DNA from: Octopus vulgaris
Taxonomy: Eukaryota
Assembly: GCA_951406725.2 (NCBI GenBank)
Contig: OX597831.1
Coordinates: 51,894,001-51,958,000 of the forward strand
DNA length: 64,000 bases
Direction: 5' to 3'
Below the pieces are notes generated by a model. That model was not told the origin of the DNA and did not search any database. It worked only from the letters and a program-made list of their open reading frames with translations. A program made the translations under genes and the position numbers. Below are positions 26,030 to 40,113 of the stretch, in pieces (position 1 is the first letter of the stretch; each line of letters begins with the position of its first letter).

Positions 26030-26304
26030 ATAACCCAAGAACTCGTTATAAAAAATTCTGCGATACACAGCGATGAATAAAACAATAAAATAGTAAAGGA
26101 GTTGCCGTAATCATAAACGTTGGATACTCTGATCAACACAAATGTATCGACTTTGTCTTTTCAGCCTTTCGGGGTCGATAAAATAAGTACCAGATAGACA
26201 ACGGGTGTCAATGTAATAGAGTTATCTCCTCCTCCGAACTTGCTGGTGTTGTGCCAAAATTTGAAACCATTATTTTGTCCAGCCCTGTATTTGTATGTAT
26301 GTAT

Positions 26305-26416
26305 GTCATGATTCAGTTTATTTCAAGGTTTCTTTCCAATAGAGAAAGGACCGGTTTCTAACCTAGATCCAAGTTTCCTTCATTGAAATTTCAACATCAA
26401 CAATAGGGGATTTTTG
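26305..26416 (-). mobile_element. 3'-UTR fragment of the R4/Dong-like element, flanked by (TATG)n on both sides
   Basis: Reverse complement matches 14690-14791. Confidence 0.75.
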
Positions 26417-26911
26417 TATGTATGTATGTATGTATGTATGTATGTATGTATGTATGTATGTATGTATGTATGTTTTATGTATGTATTCTCATGCATATAG
26501 TTACCGATATAGACATGCTCATATGTATGTATGTATGCATGTATGTATGTATGTATGTATGTATGTATGTATCTATGTATGTATGTATGTATGTATGTAT
26601 GTATGTATGTATGTATGGGTGTACGTGTGTATGTATGTATGTATGTATGTATGTATGTATGTATGTATGTATGTATGTATGTATGTATGTATGTATGCAT
26701 GTATGTGTGTGTGTGTATTATGTATGTATGTACGTACGTACGTATGTGTGTACGTGTGTGTGTGTATATGTGTGTATGTGTGTGTATATGTGTGTATGTG
26801 TGTGTATGTATGTATGTATGTATGTATGCATGTATGTATGTATGTATGTATGTATGTATGCATGTATGTATCAATCTTGAATTCAAGCTTCTGCTTTTTA
26901 TGATCTTTCAG

Positions 26912-27081
26912 ATGGACACGAGAAGAGGCAATCAATTTTATAACGAACTACACAGAATTTCCAATCCAGCAGGTTGAGATAGAAGTAGATCGATATATTA
27001 CTTGGCCGGGCCAGGCGTGTACATATAAAATTGGAGAATTGAAAATTAAAGAATTAAGAAGTATAGCTGAGAAAACTTTAG
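26912..27081 (+). CDS. DUF885-family protein exon (WTREEAINFITNYTEFPIQQVEIEVDRYITWPGQACTYKIGELKIKELRSIAEKTL[G])
   Basis: tttcag| acceptor, |gtgagt donor, 170 nt, phase 2/1. EVDRYxxWPGQAxxYKIG is a hallmark DUF885 motif. Confidence 0.93.
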
Positions 27082-27427
27082 GTGAGTGATGCAACACAGT
27101 TGTTACTGGTTGTGAAAAAATGGCTGTTTGGTAATTGTACTGGAAAGATTTCAAATCCACAACCGTTCCTTTTGCTTCCACTTCCCAGCAATTATACCTG
27201 CAGCAGCAGCGACGCTGACGTAATTTTCTCTATGTAGTTTTATTAATTTTAACACTCAAAACTATATACGTACATTCTACATCAATATAAATGCTTAACG
27301 TTATATAATACGATTTTGTATTTATATATATTGAGAAAATTAACTTATCTGATCATGTATATCGGAGCATTTTGGTTTCATGCAAGATTCAACTCATAAA
27401 TAAGTCTGTATTGACATCTCATACTTA

Positions 27428-27800
27428 TCTTTATATATAAAAGTCAAGTTGTGTGTCTGTCTCCTACAATTTAGATTCCTAACTACTCCCACATTTTGCG
27501 GTGCAGTTTAACCAAAACCGGGTATCTTATAGTCGTGATTCATATCGAGCCCTCCTGTCTACGATGAGTCTACGATTTTTTAAAAAATTTACCATCATTT
27601 TTTTCCATTTTAATGCATTTTTCGCTATTATATAAGGGAAGTAACTCTCTAAAAATGTCTACGATGAGTCAACGATTTAAAAAAAAACTTACCATCATTT
27701 TTTTTCCATTTTTAATGCATTTTTTTGGCTATAACTCTCTAAAAATGCTTATATAGTTATTTCCCTTACAAACCCGAGCAACACCGGGCGATACTGCTAG
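27428..27800 (+). mobile_element. Non-autonomous Helitron, family H1
   Basis: A|TC…CTAG|T ends, subterminal hairpin cccg-agcaacac-cggg, sibling at 39280-39788. Confidence 0.85.
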
Positions 27801-28350
27801 TTAATTATATGTTTGTTATTCACACCTCGTGGAAATATTTACTGATTGCGTATTTGTATTCGTAATTTAATTTCTATGTGAACTGATAGTAGATTCTGCT
27901 AGATTCCCCTGAATGAAGTTTTCTACTTTATTTGTGCGCACACACGCACACACACACACACACACACAAGAAGAGGAATCCAGATGAGGAGATATGGAGA
28001 TAATGGTGCAAATAAACAAATAAAACCGCCTGGACTCGATATACAGACAGATATACATGATATATGAAATGTATATATATATATACATGTAAATGTATAT
28101 ATGTATATATTGTATATCTAGCCCAAGCGGTTTTATTTGTTTATTTGCATCATTATCTCCATATCTGCTCACTTGGATTCCTCTTATAGCCACTGTTTAC
28201 CCTACGGACTTGGTCCTTGGTGAAGATTTCGATGTATGTATGTATGTATGTATGTATGTATGTATGTATGTATGTATGTATGTATGTATGTACGTATGTA
28301 TGTATGATACAAAATTAATTTATTTTCTTTTTTCTTTTCTTTTAACACAG

Positions 28351-28598
28351 GTAATTTATTTAATATCAAAGACTTCCACCATCAAATTTTAAAAAACGGT
28401 CGAATATCGCTGGCTTTATTGGAAGAAGTCATCTTAGAATGGATCGACAAAGTGAAGCAATCTGCAGCCGATCATTCAGGTGGCGCCACTGTAAAGTGGT
28501 TGAGCAGACGATCATCTTTCACTGTAATGTCCACCATCTTCACAAGTGTTTTACTGACGTCATATTCACACATTTACCTTCCACTGAACATTCTTTGA
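28351..28598 (+). CDS. DUF885-family protein terminal exon ([81 protein letters not shown])
   Basis: aacacag| acceptor in phase 1, FxIKxFHxxILxxG domain end, TGA at 28596-98. Confidence 0.88.
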
Positions 28599-28661
28599 CG
28601 AAACTGAAGAAATATCAAAACTAAAATACCATTTCGCATTGAAATATTATTCTATTTATTT

Positions 28662-28667
28662 AATAAA
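28662..28667 (+). promoter_or_regulatory. Candidate polyadenylation signal (AATAAA) of the DUF885 gene
   Basis: AATAAA 64 nt after the stop, with a GT/T-rich stretch downstream. Confidence 0.5.
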
Positions 28668-28855
28668 TCTTTAATGAATTATCACCACTCACCCACAAAG
28701 TGTGTTTGTTTATTATTATTGTTATTATTTTCTTTCTCTGGTCACGTATACGCAAAATCATATTCAGATAAGTAAAGAAATATAAAAAAAAAGGTAAAGA
28801 AATACATATACAGATACACTGACGAATACGCACATAGATTCATATATGTACATTC

Positions 28856-28929
<74 letters not shown>

Positions 28930-28934
28930 CAAAG

Positions 28935-29559
28935 CTGTTGTCCATAGATATCCTCTTTTTCTTTGATTTTCAAAGAGGTATTTATATCTGTCGGGCAGCT
29001 GACCTCTATGATAGTACATACTTTTGCCCCTCAGTCCCAAACAACAATATCCGGTCTGTTATGTTTACATTTTTTCAGAAGTTTTGATGGAAATATTCCA
29101 CCAGTATTCCTTGAGTTGGTGTTTATGAATGTATTCCATAACAGAAGGGTTTTCTAAGTTTATTTCAGGACAGTCTTTTTTGCGGAAGTCATTGTAAATT
29201 GTCTTAGCAACAACATCATGCAACATAGAGGTAGTACCGTGACGACATTTTAGGACAGCAGCTAATTACATACGTGATGTCTTCCACAGAAACATGACAT
29301 AGATTACACAATGCAGTTGCACCTTGGGATTTCAAGAGCGTCACTGTCTCTCTTGTTCACCAGGTACTTTGTGGCAATCTGTTCCTGGATTGCAAACACT
29401 TGGCCCTCAAAGTGTGATCTGATGTAGTCGTCTTGTGTCCAAGAGAGGCAGCGCTTCGTACTAATTCTATTGTCTTCTACAAGCTTCCGGTCAACATACC
29501 CATGCATAATTTTTTTTTTTTTGTATACTGAATGGTTTCCATCCAAGTCTTCTTTCAGG
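28935..29559 (-). mobile_element. R4/Dong-like retrotransposon fragment (CCHC finger plus restriction-like endonuclease)
   Basis: MHGYVDRK…FEGQVFAIQEQ…CNLCHVSVEDITYVISCCP…HNRPDIVVWD…IIEVSCP…KEKEDIYG. Its 5' edge abuts (CATA)n. Confidence 0.82.
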
Positions 29560-29887
29560 TATGTATGTATGTATGTTGTATGTATGTATGTATGTATGTA
29601 TGTTGTATGTATGTATGTATGTATGCATGTATGTATGTATGTATGTATGTATGTATGTATGTATGTATGTATGTATGTATGTATGTATGTATAAAGAAAG
29701 AGCACAAATTGGTTAAAGCTCAATACAACTGTTTTAGACATGCTTTTTGTGGGGTGGGTGAGGTGGAGGTTATGAATAAACTAATTACATTATGAAGAAA
29801 ACCCGTTTTCTTCAGGTGAATTACAAACTTAACATTTGGTTTTAAAAAATACCAAGATATGGAATGTGTGTTGACCCTTTATATATT

Positions 29888-30270
29888 CTCTTATTCTTTT
29901 GCTAGTTTCAGTCATTTGACTGCGGCCATGCTGGAGCACCGCCTTGAAGGGTTTTAGTCGAACAAATCGACCCCGGGATTTCTTTTTTTAACCTTGGTAC
30001 TTTTTCTATCGGGTTCTTTTATCGAACTGCTAGGTTACGGAGACGTAAACACACCAACGCTAGTTGTCAAGCGGTGAAGTGGGGACAAACACTGACACAC
30101 ACACACACACACACACACAGACATCTACATACAACGGACGTCTACCAAATACACTCACAAGTATTTGGTCGGCCCGAGGCTAAAATAAAAGACACTTGCC
30201 CAAGGTGCCACTGAGACTGAACCCGGAACCATGTGACTGAGAAGCAAGTTTCTTACCACACAGCCAGGCG
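29888..30270 (-). mobile_element. SINE family A whose 5' part is inversely duplicated at 30396-30489
   Basis: Reverse-complement match to family A. Confidence 0.85.
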
Positions 30271-30279
30271 TGTATGTAT

Positions 30280-30385
<106 letters not shown>

Positions 30386-30658
30386 ATACATACACGCCTG
30401 GCTGTGTGGTAAGAAACTTGCTTCTCAGTCACATGGTTCCGGGTTCAGTCTCAGTGGCACCTTGGGCAAGTGTCTTTTATTTTAGCCTCAGATTCCGTAA
30501 AGCGACGTCCGACTTTATGTCTTCTTGATTAGGAGAGTAGAAACGGATGGTATGCCATCCGTCTGTCCATCAAATCTATGATTTGGCTAAAGGACGATCT
30601 TCTACGTCAGGCCCTCTAATTTCAATTCGAGGATGTAAGGAAGATAGAAATGAACATT

Positions 30659-30875
30659 CAAGGAAGTGCTGAAAAGTTCCTGGCTTTGGGTAAAAGAAAA
30701 TACAGGAGAATCAGTTAATTATGACTTTATTCAAAATATTCTCCTCTCAGATTCACACACTTATTGCAGTGGTCCTTCAGTTTTTCTTAGCCCTGTAAAA
30801 GATCTTGGAAGGTTGGGCCTCCAACCAGGCCATTCTCGATACCCTTAAAGTAAGGAACTTTTCAGCACCCTCTTG
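30659..30875. mobile_element. Small mariner-type MITE
   Basis: ~33-bp TIRs caag…gtgctgaaaagttcct…ctt…gggta. Confidence 0.75.
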
Positions 30876-31023
30876 ATATATTGTTTTGGTAGGAAGATAT
30901 CAATCTTAATCACAAAGGCAAAATGATATAGCAAAAGGTCTTGAGGTTCTAAAAACATAAGGAATTAGTCCTAAATGATTGTTTGAAATAATGAAGAGAT
31001 GATTAATGAAAATCCTCCTATAT

Positions 31024-31413
31024 GGTTGATGGAAGCACTCCGTCGGTTACGACGACGAGGGTTCCGGTTGATCCGATCAACGGAACAGCCTGCTCGTGAA
31101 ATTAACGTGTAAGTGGCTGAGCACTCCACAGACACGTGTACCCTTAACGTAGTTCTCGGGGATATTCAGCGTGACACAAAGAGTGACAAGGCCGGCCCTT
31201 TCAAATACAGGTACAACAGAAAAAGGAAGTAAGAGTGAGAGAAAGTTGTGGTGAAAGAGTACAGCAGGGATCACCACCATCCCCTGCCGGAGCCTCGTGG
31301 AGCTTTAGGTGTTTTCGCTCAATAAACACTCACAACGCCCGGTCTGGGAATCGAAACCGCGATCCTATGACCGCGAGTCCGCTGCTCTAACCACTGGGCC
31401 ATTGTGCCTCCAC
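31024..31413 (-). mobile_element. SINE family C, full length
   Basis: 10-bp TSD cctcctatat. Confidence 0.92.
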
Positions 31414-32249
31414 CCTCCTATATAAGTACTAAAAGATCAGGTAATTTGTATATTGATAATTTGTTTAGGGATTGATGAAGAAGAGTTAAGAAATGATGGG
31501 AAAATTCAATTGATACAAAAACAAAAAGAGGTATCAGTACACCATAAGAAAGATTTTATATAAAGAGACAAAGTTCGTTCCTGCTTCTTTTCTGTTCTCT
31601 CTCTCTCTCTCTCTCTCTCCTTCTCTCTCTCTCTCTCTCTCGTACACACAGGCAAGCATACACACACACACACATCCTATAAAGAAGGTCATCCAGTTAA
31701 TTGACAAATTACCAGACGCTAACTTATAACGACCTCTGACCACAGACGTTCTGTAAGGTCATCACTCTTTCTATTCTCCATATGTAATTTCCTCTCGGTT
31801 ACGTTTTTCTTGAACTAACAGATGTTTAAACAGAACATCAAACGTATGAATCTCACCATCTTCATCTGAAACTACCCACCTGAAGGTCATATGTGATACT
31901 CTTTCCTCCTGTTAAACCTTTGAATAAAAAGATTGTTAAGTAGTATTCAGTATTTCGAATTATCTAATGAAGAAGCACGTAATTTCTTCAAGTAAATCTA
32001 TTGTGAAATCTTCTCCACCATCGTTTCACTGAGAAAAATGAGATAAGAAAAATGAAAAGAAATTGTTCAAATTACCAGAGTCAAACCTAAAGATCATGTT
32101 ACAAAGTTTACTAAAACGATATGATGATTATGTAATCGTGTTAAAACTCGTCCCTTAAGAAATGCCATAAAGAGCCGCATGTCATCTGTGTGCTGCAGGT
32201 TGCCACTATCTGATTTAGGGGTTATAACCTCGTTATTATTTTCGACTAA

Positions 32250-32805
32250 GACTAGGTTAACAAGCAGTTTACTGTCGTAAAAAAGTGAATGCAAATTGTC
32301 TTTAAAAAATGGAAGTAAACTTGGCTACAAACCGGAAGTGACGACAGTAACATGCCAAAATTTCATAAAAGAATATAAAGAACTCCCTCGTTATGACAAA
32401 AGACATCTCGCACTACCAGTAATAATTCAAATAATTGAAGAGACTATCGGCTGAACGAAATGATTTTGAACAGTGATTGATTCGTGCAATTTCCTGAGAT
32501 GTATGTGAGCAGCACTTGGAAAGTCGTCCAAAGAAACTCGGTGGATTGCATCATGCAGGATGTTCCATCACTGTTGGAAATAGACAAATCCAAATACATA
32601 CATCAGAGATATCTAACTGAAGCCAGCGGTATGTAGAAAATTGTGTTTGGTGCTGGGGTAGAGGAAAATACTGCTTGACTGAGGTCTCAGACCGATGTCA
32701 CGGCCATCTCTTCCGGTTTCTATCGCAATTTACTTTCAATTCTTTAGGACATTTAACTTTCATTTTTATTTTTTTTACCATGATAAACAATGTTAACCTA
32801 AGACT
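32250..32805. mobile_element. Old MITE or foldback element with ~100-bp degenerate TIRs
   Basis: taggttaaca…gtaaaaaa…aagtaaa…aaaccggaag at left is mirrored at 32694-32801. Confidence 0.55.
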
Positions 32806-33292
32806 AAATACATATACTTGTATATGAATGATTAGACATGTTTACTTGTATCAAGTATATTATATATGATAGCGTCTGAATTTTGAGGGAAAGAATTAGT
32901 CGATTTTATCGACCACAGTGGACTGGTGGTTTATTTTATCAATCCTGAAGGACTAAAACGCAAAGTTGATCACCAAACCGTAAAAAGACAGAACAAATAC
33001 AAGGAATTTTCCCCGATGCTTTATAGATTCTGCCAGCTCGCCGCCCTTTCCTATCCCATAATAATGAAAAGGTAGAATAAAGTTTACATTCATATAATTC
33101 TTCTTTCTTCTCTACGGTGTTGGACAAGTTTAAAACCATCTTAATTTTCTAAAACATAGCGATTTATCCATTTTTTTCAATCTTCGCAGTGCCACGCTGT
33201 AGTAGGAAACAGGGGTCTAAAATCTTTATAAATATGTATTTATGCATGTATGTATGTATGTATGTATGTATGTATGTATGTATGTATGTATG

Positions 33293-33341
<49 letters not shown>

Positions 33342-34201
33342 TCAGTATATATATATATCGTCGGTATATCATATATCTGAAAAAGAAGCACACTCCAAAG
33401 CATAGAGCGGTATTGTATTTATATGCAGTAAAGTATATGTCCGGTCATAGAGTGACCAATGGTTTCACAAAGTGCTGAGCTTTATGGCCGGTTCTTAGAG
33501 CCTAATGGCGGAGAGCACGGTCAGTTAGTGAACAAAAAATAAACCAGAGAATAAAGCTTGCAGGTCGGTGAAGATAGGTTATCTCCCTCAGACCATTTAA
33601 GTTCGTAGCCCATATGGGCTAAAAAGGCGACCGGACAGTTGCTTTTTCAGATCTAATCGATGAATGGAGAATCCCATATTTGCAGCAGGTAGCGTTTGAA
33701 ATGGGGACAGGGACTATAAATTTAGTAATTCTGGTTCCAGGTAGTCTTTGAGAATCCTTGCTCGCTCAGCTATGCAAAACTTGCAGCGTCCGCTTCCGTT
33801 GATAAAGGATCCCGGCCGCTCTATGATCCTCCGCTTGACGAATCGTCTTCCCGGAATCCTGAAAGAATGCAAACCCGCTGACTTTAAATCTTAAAGCATG
33901 TTTGACATTGATTTGATATCATTGTATCATATGTTTCTATAGTGTATACGCTTAAGTATAGATGTGACATGCACGTGGGAAGAACGCTAGCAGGACATGC
34001 AACATGAAGGAAGCTCGAACGTTAATTAGTGGTAAACGTAAAATGAGCTAATTGACGAAATGCAATAATGCTAAAAGAATGTACATTTGTAATGCAATAA
34101 AAAATGACTGCCAATAAATTTTAATGTGTGTGCGTACGTGTGCGCGCACGCGCGTGTATATATATATAGATATATATAGATATATAGATATATATATAGA
34201 T

Positions 34202-34265
<64 letters not shown>

Positions 34266-34358
34266 GTAGGTAGGTAGGTAGGTAGGTAGGTAGGTAGGTA
34301 AGTAGGTAGGTAGGTAGGTAGATAGAAAGATAGATATATAGATAGATAGATAGATAGT

Positions 34359-34408
<50 letters not shown>

Positions 34409-34751
34409 TACATACATACATACATACATACATACATACATACATACATACATACACACTTCGATCATTTTTAATACAGTTAGTATTTGTTACTAAACAC
34501 AATATCATCATAAATACCGTTATCCCATCTACGTTTATGTGTAGTAAAAAAAATTAAGACCATTTCATTTACATTATTGTCACCCTTTTCATGCAAACTG
34601 AACGAAAGAAGTATGTTATTTACTTATCTATAACATGCAGCTATATAATCAATTGTCATGATCTTTTAGACATTAAGTGATGAGGAATAAACCACGAATT
34701 CTCTGTTTTATTTTTGTAATATTTCCGTTTGTTGCCTTTAGGCTAAAATTT

Positions 34752-34802
<51 letters not shown>

Positions 34803-34805
<3 letters not shown>

Positions 34806-35002
34806 TCTTTTACTTGTTTCAGTCATTTTGACAGTGGCCATGCTGGAGCACCGCTTTTAGTCGATCAAATCGACCCCAGGACTTATTCTTTGTAAGCCTA
34901 GTACTTATTCTATCGGTCTCTTTTGCCGAACCGCTAAGTTACGGGGACGTAAACACACCACCATCTGCTGTCAAGCGATGTTGGGGGACAAACACAGACA
35001 CA

Positions 35003-35082
<80 letters not shown>

Positions 35083-35232
35083 CGACGGGCTTCTTTCAGT
35101 TTCCGTCAACAAAATCCACTCACAAAGCTTTGGTCGGCCCAATGCCATAGTAGAAGACACTTGCCCAAGGTGCCACGCAGTTGGACAGAACTCGGAACCA
35201 TGTAATTCGTAAGTAAGCTACTCATACGCCCA
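34803..35232 (-). mobile_element. SINE family A
   Basis: Reverse-complement match. Confidence 0.88.
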
Positions 35233-35800
35233 TATATATATATATATATAATTATATTATATCTTCTACCTCTGTGTATGTGTGCGTGTGTGTGTATCTG
35301 TCTGTGTGTGTATGCGTACATGTAAGTGTGGGGAGTGAGATTTTATAATATACCCTTCCTTATCTCTTTAAATTGCAATAACAGAATGTCTAATACCTAC
35401 GCATGACGCAGACGCATAATAATAACAACAACAACAACAACAACAATAATAATGATGACGATGACGATGATGATTTCTTTTAACACATGCTATGACATAC
35501 GCACAAACTCCTCTAAGATCTACAAATATTAATACCAACTTTTGGTTTATTTAACATTTTCACTTCCAAATGGCCACTGCCAGTATATCCTTACATTAAT
35601 ATTAGATTACATTGTTGTGTGTAAATATATGTGTACGTATGTGTATGTGTATGTGTGCGTTTGTGTGTGAGACAGAGTGCGCGACTGCGTGTACATGGGT
35701 GTAGGTTTTATACGTAACAAATGCAAATGAGAAAGGAGAACCCGCAGCGCCAGGTTGCTAAGATTTTAACTACTATATCCTTGCGTGTATATTACGTTAC

Positions 35801-35855
<55 letters not shown>

Positions 35856-35865
35856 CGTGCACACC

Positions 35866-35941
<76 letters not shown>

Positions 35942-35942
<1 letters not shown>

Positions 35943-36320
35943 TAGCACTATGACCCGGCGTTGCTGGGTCATAGTGCTAGTGCATGCAAATACAGTTGCG
36001 TGCGTGCGCACATACACACGAGTACTGTCCAAATCTCCGACCAATCACATACAGCTAGCTGGCATTCAATTGGCGTATCAAGTTTCGGGCATTTTGATTG
36101 GGTTTTGGATAGAAAATTCACAAAAAAGTCACTTTTATTGATTTTTTTAATGGCTTTGCGGGGTGACTGGGTAAATGTAAAGATGTGCACGACCACCCTT
36201 GGACGGTTTTGAATGACCATAGAAAGTGCGAGCCCTCTATCTGAAAAATTGTGGATTTGTATAAAGGATACACACACACACATATACAGACAGACATTTT
36301 GCCGTTTATATAAAGAGAGA
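35942..36320 (-). mobile_element. Non-autonomous Helitron, family H2
   Basis: TC…CTAG ends between A and T, terminal palindrome, sibling at 38693-39049. Confidence 0.82.
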
Positions 36321-36519
36321 TATATATGAATGAGAATGTATATGTGTATGCATATGTGGATATCACAGAAAGGCTCCGAAATCTACGTCCCAAGGAGAAG
36401 ATTTTTGATTCTCAGTAATCAAAAAACATAATTTGCCTCTCTGTCTATCAGTCTTTCTATGTCTTTTACGCTTTTCTTATTGTAAACTTCCCCACTCTCT
36501 CTCTATATATATATTTACC

Positions 36520-36750
36520 TATTTCTTTATTACCCACTAGGGGCTAAACACAGAGCGGACAAACAAGGACAGACATAGGTATTAAGTCGATTACATCGAC
36601 CCCAGTACTCAACTGGTACTTAATTTATCGACCCCGAAAGGATGAAAGGCAAAGTCGACCTCGGCGGAATTTGAACTCACAACGTAACGCAGACGAAATA
36701 CCGCTAAGCATTTCGCCCGGCGTGCTAACGTTTCTGCCAGCTCGCCGCCT
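36520..36750 (-). mobile_element. SINE family B
   Basis: Reverse-complement match, TSD-like ctctatatata(ta)tttacc on both sides. Confidence 0.9.
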
Positions 36751-36877
36751 TTCTCTATATATATTTACCACAACCCCTTTCACTTTTTCTCTGTACATGT
36801 ATATCTATCACGCATACTCCTCCCCGCTCCCACTTTTGATATGCAAATCAGTCACGAATCTGTGTATGTCTCTCTCT

Positions 36878-37109
36878 CTTTTACTCTCTTACTTGTTCCA
36901 GTCATTTGACTGAGGCCATGCTGGAGCACCGCCTTTAGTCGAGCAAATCGACCCCCAGGACTTATTCTTTGTAAGCCTAGTACTTATTCTATCAGTTTGA
37001 TTTGCCGAACTGCTAAGTTACGGGGACGTAAACACACCAGCATCGGTTGTCAAGCGATGTTTGAGCGGGGTGGGGACAAACACAGACACACAAACATATA
37101 CACACACAT

Positions 37110-37160
<51 letters not shown>

Positions 37161-37262
37161 CATATATACGACGGGCTTCTTTCAGTTTCCGTCTACCAAA
37201 TCCCACTCACAAGGCTTTGGCCACAGTCACATGACTGAAACAAGTAAAAGAGTGAAAGAGCA
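36878..37262 (-). mobile_element. SINE family A (3' part) joined to an inverted tail fragment
   Basis: Minus copy to ~37220, then plus-strand tail ggccacagtcacatgactgaaacaagtaaaagag. Confidence 0.8.
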
Positions 37263-37899
37263 AAAGAGTATATTTATGTATATATTATACACAATTCATG
37301 CATGCATGCATACATACATACATACATACATACATACATACATACATACATACATACATACATACATACATACATACATACATACATACATACATACATA
37401 CATACATACATACATACATACATACATACATACAATGAGTATCATCGACACTTTGAAAATCAACTCTACTGCATACCACGCTATTAATTTAGCGGCAAAA
37501 GCATTAACTGCCAACCTAAAAACAGACGAGAGTGTGGAATTTTTTCGTGTTATGACTTACACGATATATTTATAAATCATTCAAATAATTTTGATGCCAA
37601 TCCCAAAGGTCAGATTAATAAAGCCAACAAAACGTGAACCAGGCATTCTCAGTAAAAATACTTAGGATTCCATGATTTGTAACAGTAAATAAATCATTTG
37701 TCTCCTATTACGAAATAATTCCGTATCTTTCAATTAATTGGTTCAGTAAGATAGCTAATGAGCATTTTTATGAATTTATGTATTTCGAGATAATAGTTTT
37801 GTCCGTCTCTAATCAAGTCCGTTCTCCAGAAATTTTTAGAATTTGGTAGAACTTATTCCAGTTGATTAGTCTAACATTAATATTATCGTATCTGCTAAT

Positions 37900-38325
37900 G
37901 TGGCGAGATGGCAGAATCGTTAACACAGCGTACAAAATGCTTAGCAGCATTTCGCCCGTCTTTAAGGTCTGAGTTCAAATTCCACCGAATCTAACTTTGC
38001 TTTTCATCTCTTTCAGGGTCGATAAAATAAATATCAGTTGAACACTAGGGTCGATGTGATCGACTTTATCGCCTGGCTGAACTTGCTGGCCCTGTGCTAA
38101 AATTTGAAAGCAATATTATTACATGTGGTAAGACGGCGAGCTGGCAGAATCGTTCGCACGTTTAACGGTTTTTCCTCTGAGTTCAAATTCAGCCAAGGTC
38201 AGCTGTGTTTTTTATCCTTTCAGGGTTGACAAAATAAGTACCAGTTGAACTCTGGGGTTGATGTGATGGACCTAGCCTCTTCCCCGAAATCGCTGATCTT
38301 GTGCCAAGATTTGAAACGAATATTA
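37900..38325 (+). mobile_element. Two tandem older family-B-related SINEs (others at 18452-18640 +, 26143-26270 +, 32880-33046 -, 47520-47745 -)
   Basis: ggcgag(a/c)tggcagaatcgtt heads and gagttcaaatt…gataaaataagtaccag cores. Confidence 0.75.
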
Positions 38326-38374
38326 TTGCATACGATAGAGAGTCTTTACTATTTTACAATAATTTCTTTATTTT

Positions 38375-38690
38375 TTAGGTTCGATGTAACTATGGCGTCT
38401 TACGACAGGTTGACATTTCCGAATTAATAGGATTGTATATTTTAGACTTACTTCGGAAGTATTTCCGCTTCACATATTTCAGTATTTACTGTGATGATAA
38501 ACTAATGAATTAGCGAAATGTGAACTGTCGTACAATGGCTGTCTTTAGAAAGGAGTTTTTCAATGTATTCAATAAGTTGGATTTTAAAATCCACAGTTGA
38601 TATTACTGAAGGCATCGTCTATTTCTTAGATTTAACTTTAGACTAAGCATAAGAAACCTACTGAGCATGTTCGACTTGAAGCTTATGAAT
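38375..38690 (+). mobile_element. Decayed Penelope-like reverse transcriptase fragment
   Basis: FDVTMASYD…ISELIGLYILDLL…YCDD…FLDLTLD, compared with PLE FDVTMGSYDGAExxELVGLY…YRDD…FLDVT. Confidence 0.7.
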
Positions 38691-38692
38691 AA

Positions 38693-39049
38693 CTAGCACT
38701 ATGACCCGGCAACGCCGGGTCATAGTGTTAGTGAATGCATATACAGCTGCGTGCGTGCGCACATACACGCGAGTACTGTCCAAATCTCCGACCAATCACA
38801 TACAGCTAGCTGGCATTCAATTGGCGTATCAACTTTCGGGCATTTTGATTGGGTTTTGGATAGAAAATTCACAAAAAAGTCACTTCTATTGATTTTTTAA
38901 TGGCTTTGCGGGGTGACTGGGGAAATGTAAAGATGTGCACGACGGTTTTGAATGACAATAGAAAGTGCGAGCCCTCTAATTGAAAATTTGTGGATTTGTA
39001 TAAAGGACACACACACAGACAGACATTTTGCCGTTTATATATAGAGAGA
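38693..39049 (-). mobile_element. Non-autonomous Helitron, family H2
   Basis: Near-identical to 35942-36320. Confidence 0.82.
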
Positions 39050-39279
39050 TTTAATAATTGCATGAACAGAAACGAAACCTTAAGAAAAACTACTCCTCTA
39101 AGTAACTAACATCCCTACTATCTGTCCTCTCACCAGTATGTATATATCTATGTAAAATATTACTTTATCACGCACAGTTCATTCTTGCGGATAGCAGTGG
39201 AACAAAAACAGTCTCTCCCAACAATACATATGTCTCTCTTGACATATTTTTATCATATATATATATATTTATATTTTAA

Positions 39280-39788
39280 CTAGCAGTATCGCCCGCCGTT
39301 GCTCGGGTTTGTAAGGGAAATAACTATATAAGCATTTTTAGAGAGTTACTTCCTTTATAGATGCCAATTCGGGCTTTCTTAGCCATTTCTGTTTGGTGTC
39401 TTCAAGCTATGAAGTCGTTGTTCTAAAAGAACGCTGGTCTCCTTGACAACGCATTACGACGTTGATTTCTTTACACTCCCTTCCCCACAGCTTCACGAGG
39501 GAGGGAAGGGGGAGAAGCAAACAGGTGCAGCTGTGAGCGTGGACGCCAAATCCGCCGCCATCGACACACGAAAAATTATGCATTAAAATGGAATAAAAAA
39601 TGATGTTAAATTATTTTTAAAATCGTAGACTCATCGTAGACGCGCGCTAATAGCCAGACGGGCTCAATATGAATCACGACTATAAGATACCCGAATTTGG
39701 TTAAACTGCACCGCAAAATGTGGGAGGAGTTAGGAATCTAAATCGAAGGGGACAGACACTCACACAGCTAGAGTTTTATATATATAGA
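39280..39788 (-). mobile_element. Non-autonomous Helitron, family H1, longer variant
   Basis: Shares both ends with 27428-27800 but has a different interior. Confidence 0.82.
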
Positions 39789-39852
39789 TATATGTATGCA
39801 AATATAGATAGTATACTGGTATGTGTCTATATTTATATTTATATGTATTTAT

Positions 39853-40078
39853 ACTTTTACTGTTTTACTTGTTTCAGTCATTTGACTGCGGCTATGCTGG
39901 AGCGCCACCATTAGTCGACCAAATCGACCCCAGGACTTCTTCTTTGGAAGCCTAATACTTATTCTATCGGTCTCTTTTGCCGAACTGCTAAGTTACGGGG
40001 TCGTAAATACACCAGCATCGGTTGTCAAGCGATGTTGGGGGGGGGGGGACAAACACAGACGCACACACATATATACAC

Positions 40079-40113
<35 letters not shown>

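Noticed and set aside
28348-28356. CAG|GTAATT as a recursive splice site
   Set aside because: The GT is required by the split Gly codon and the exon reads through to a proper C-terminus.
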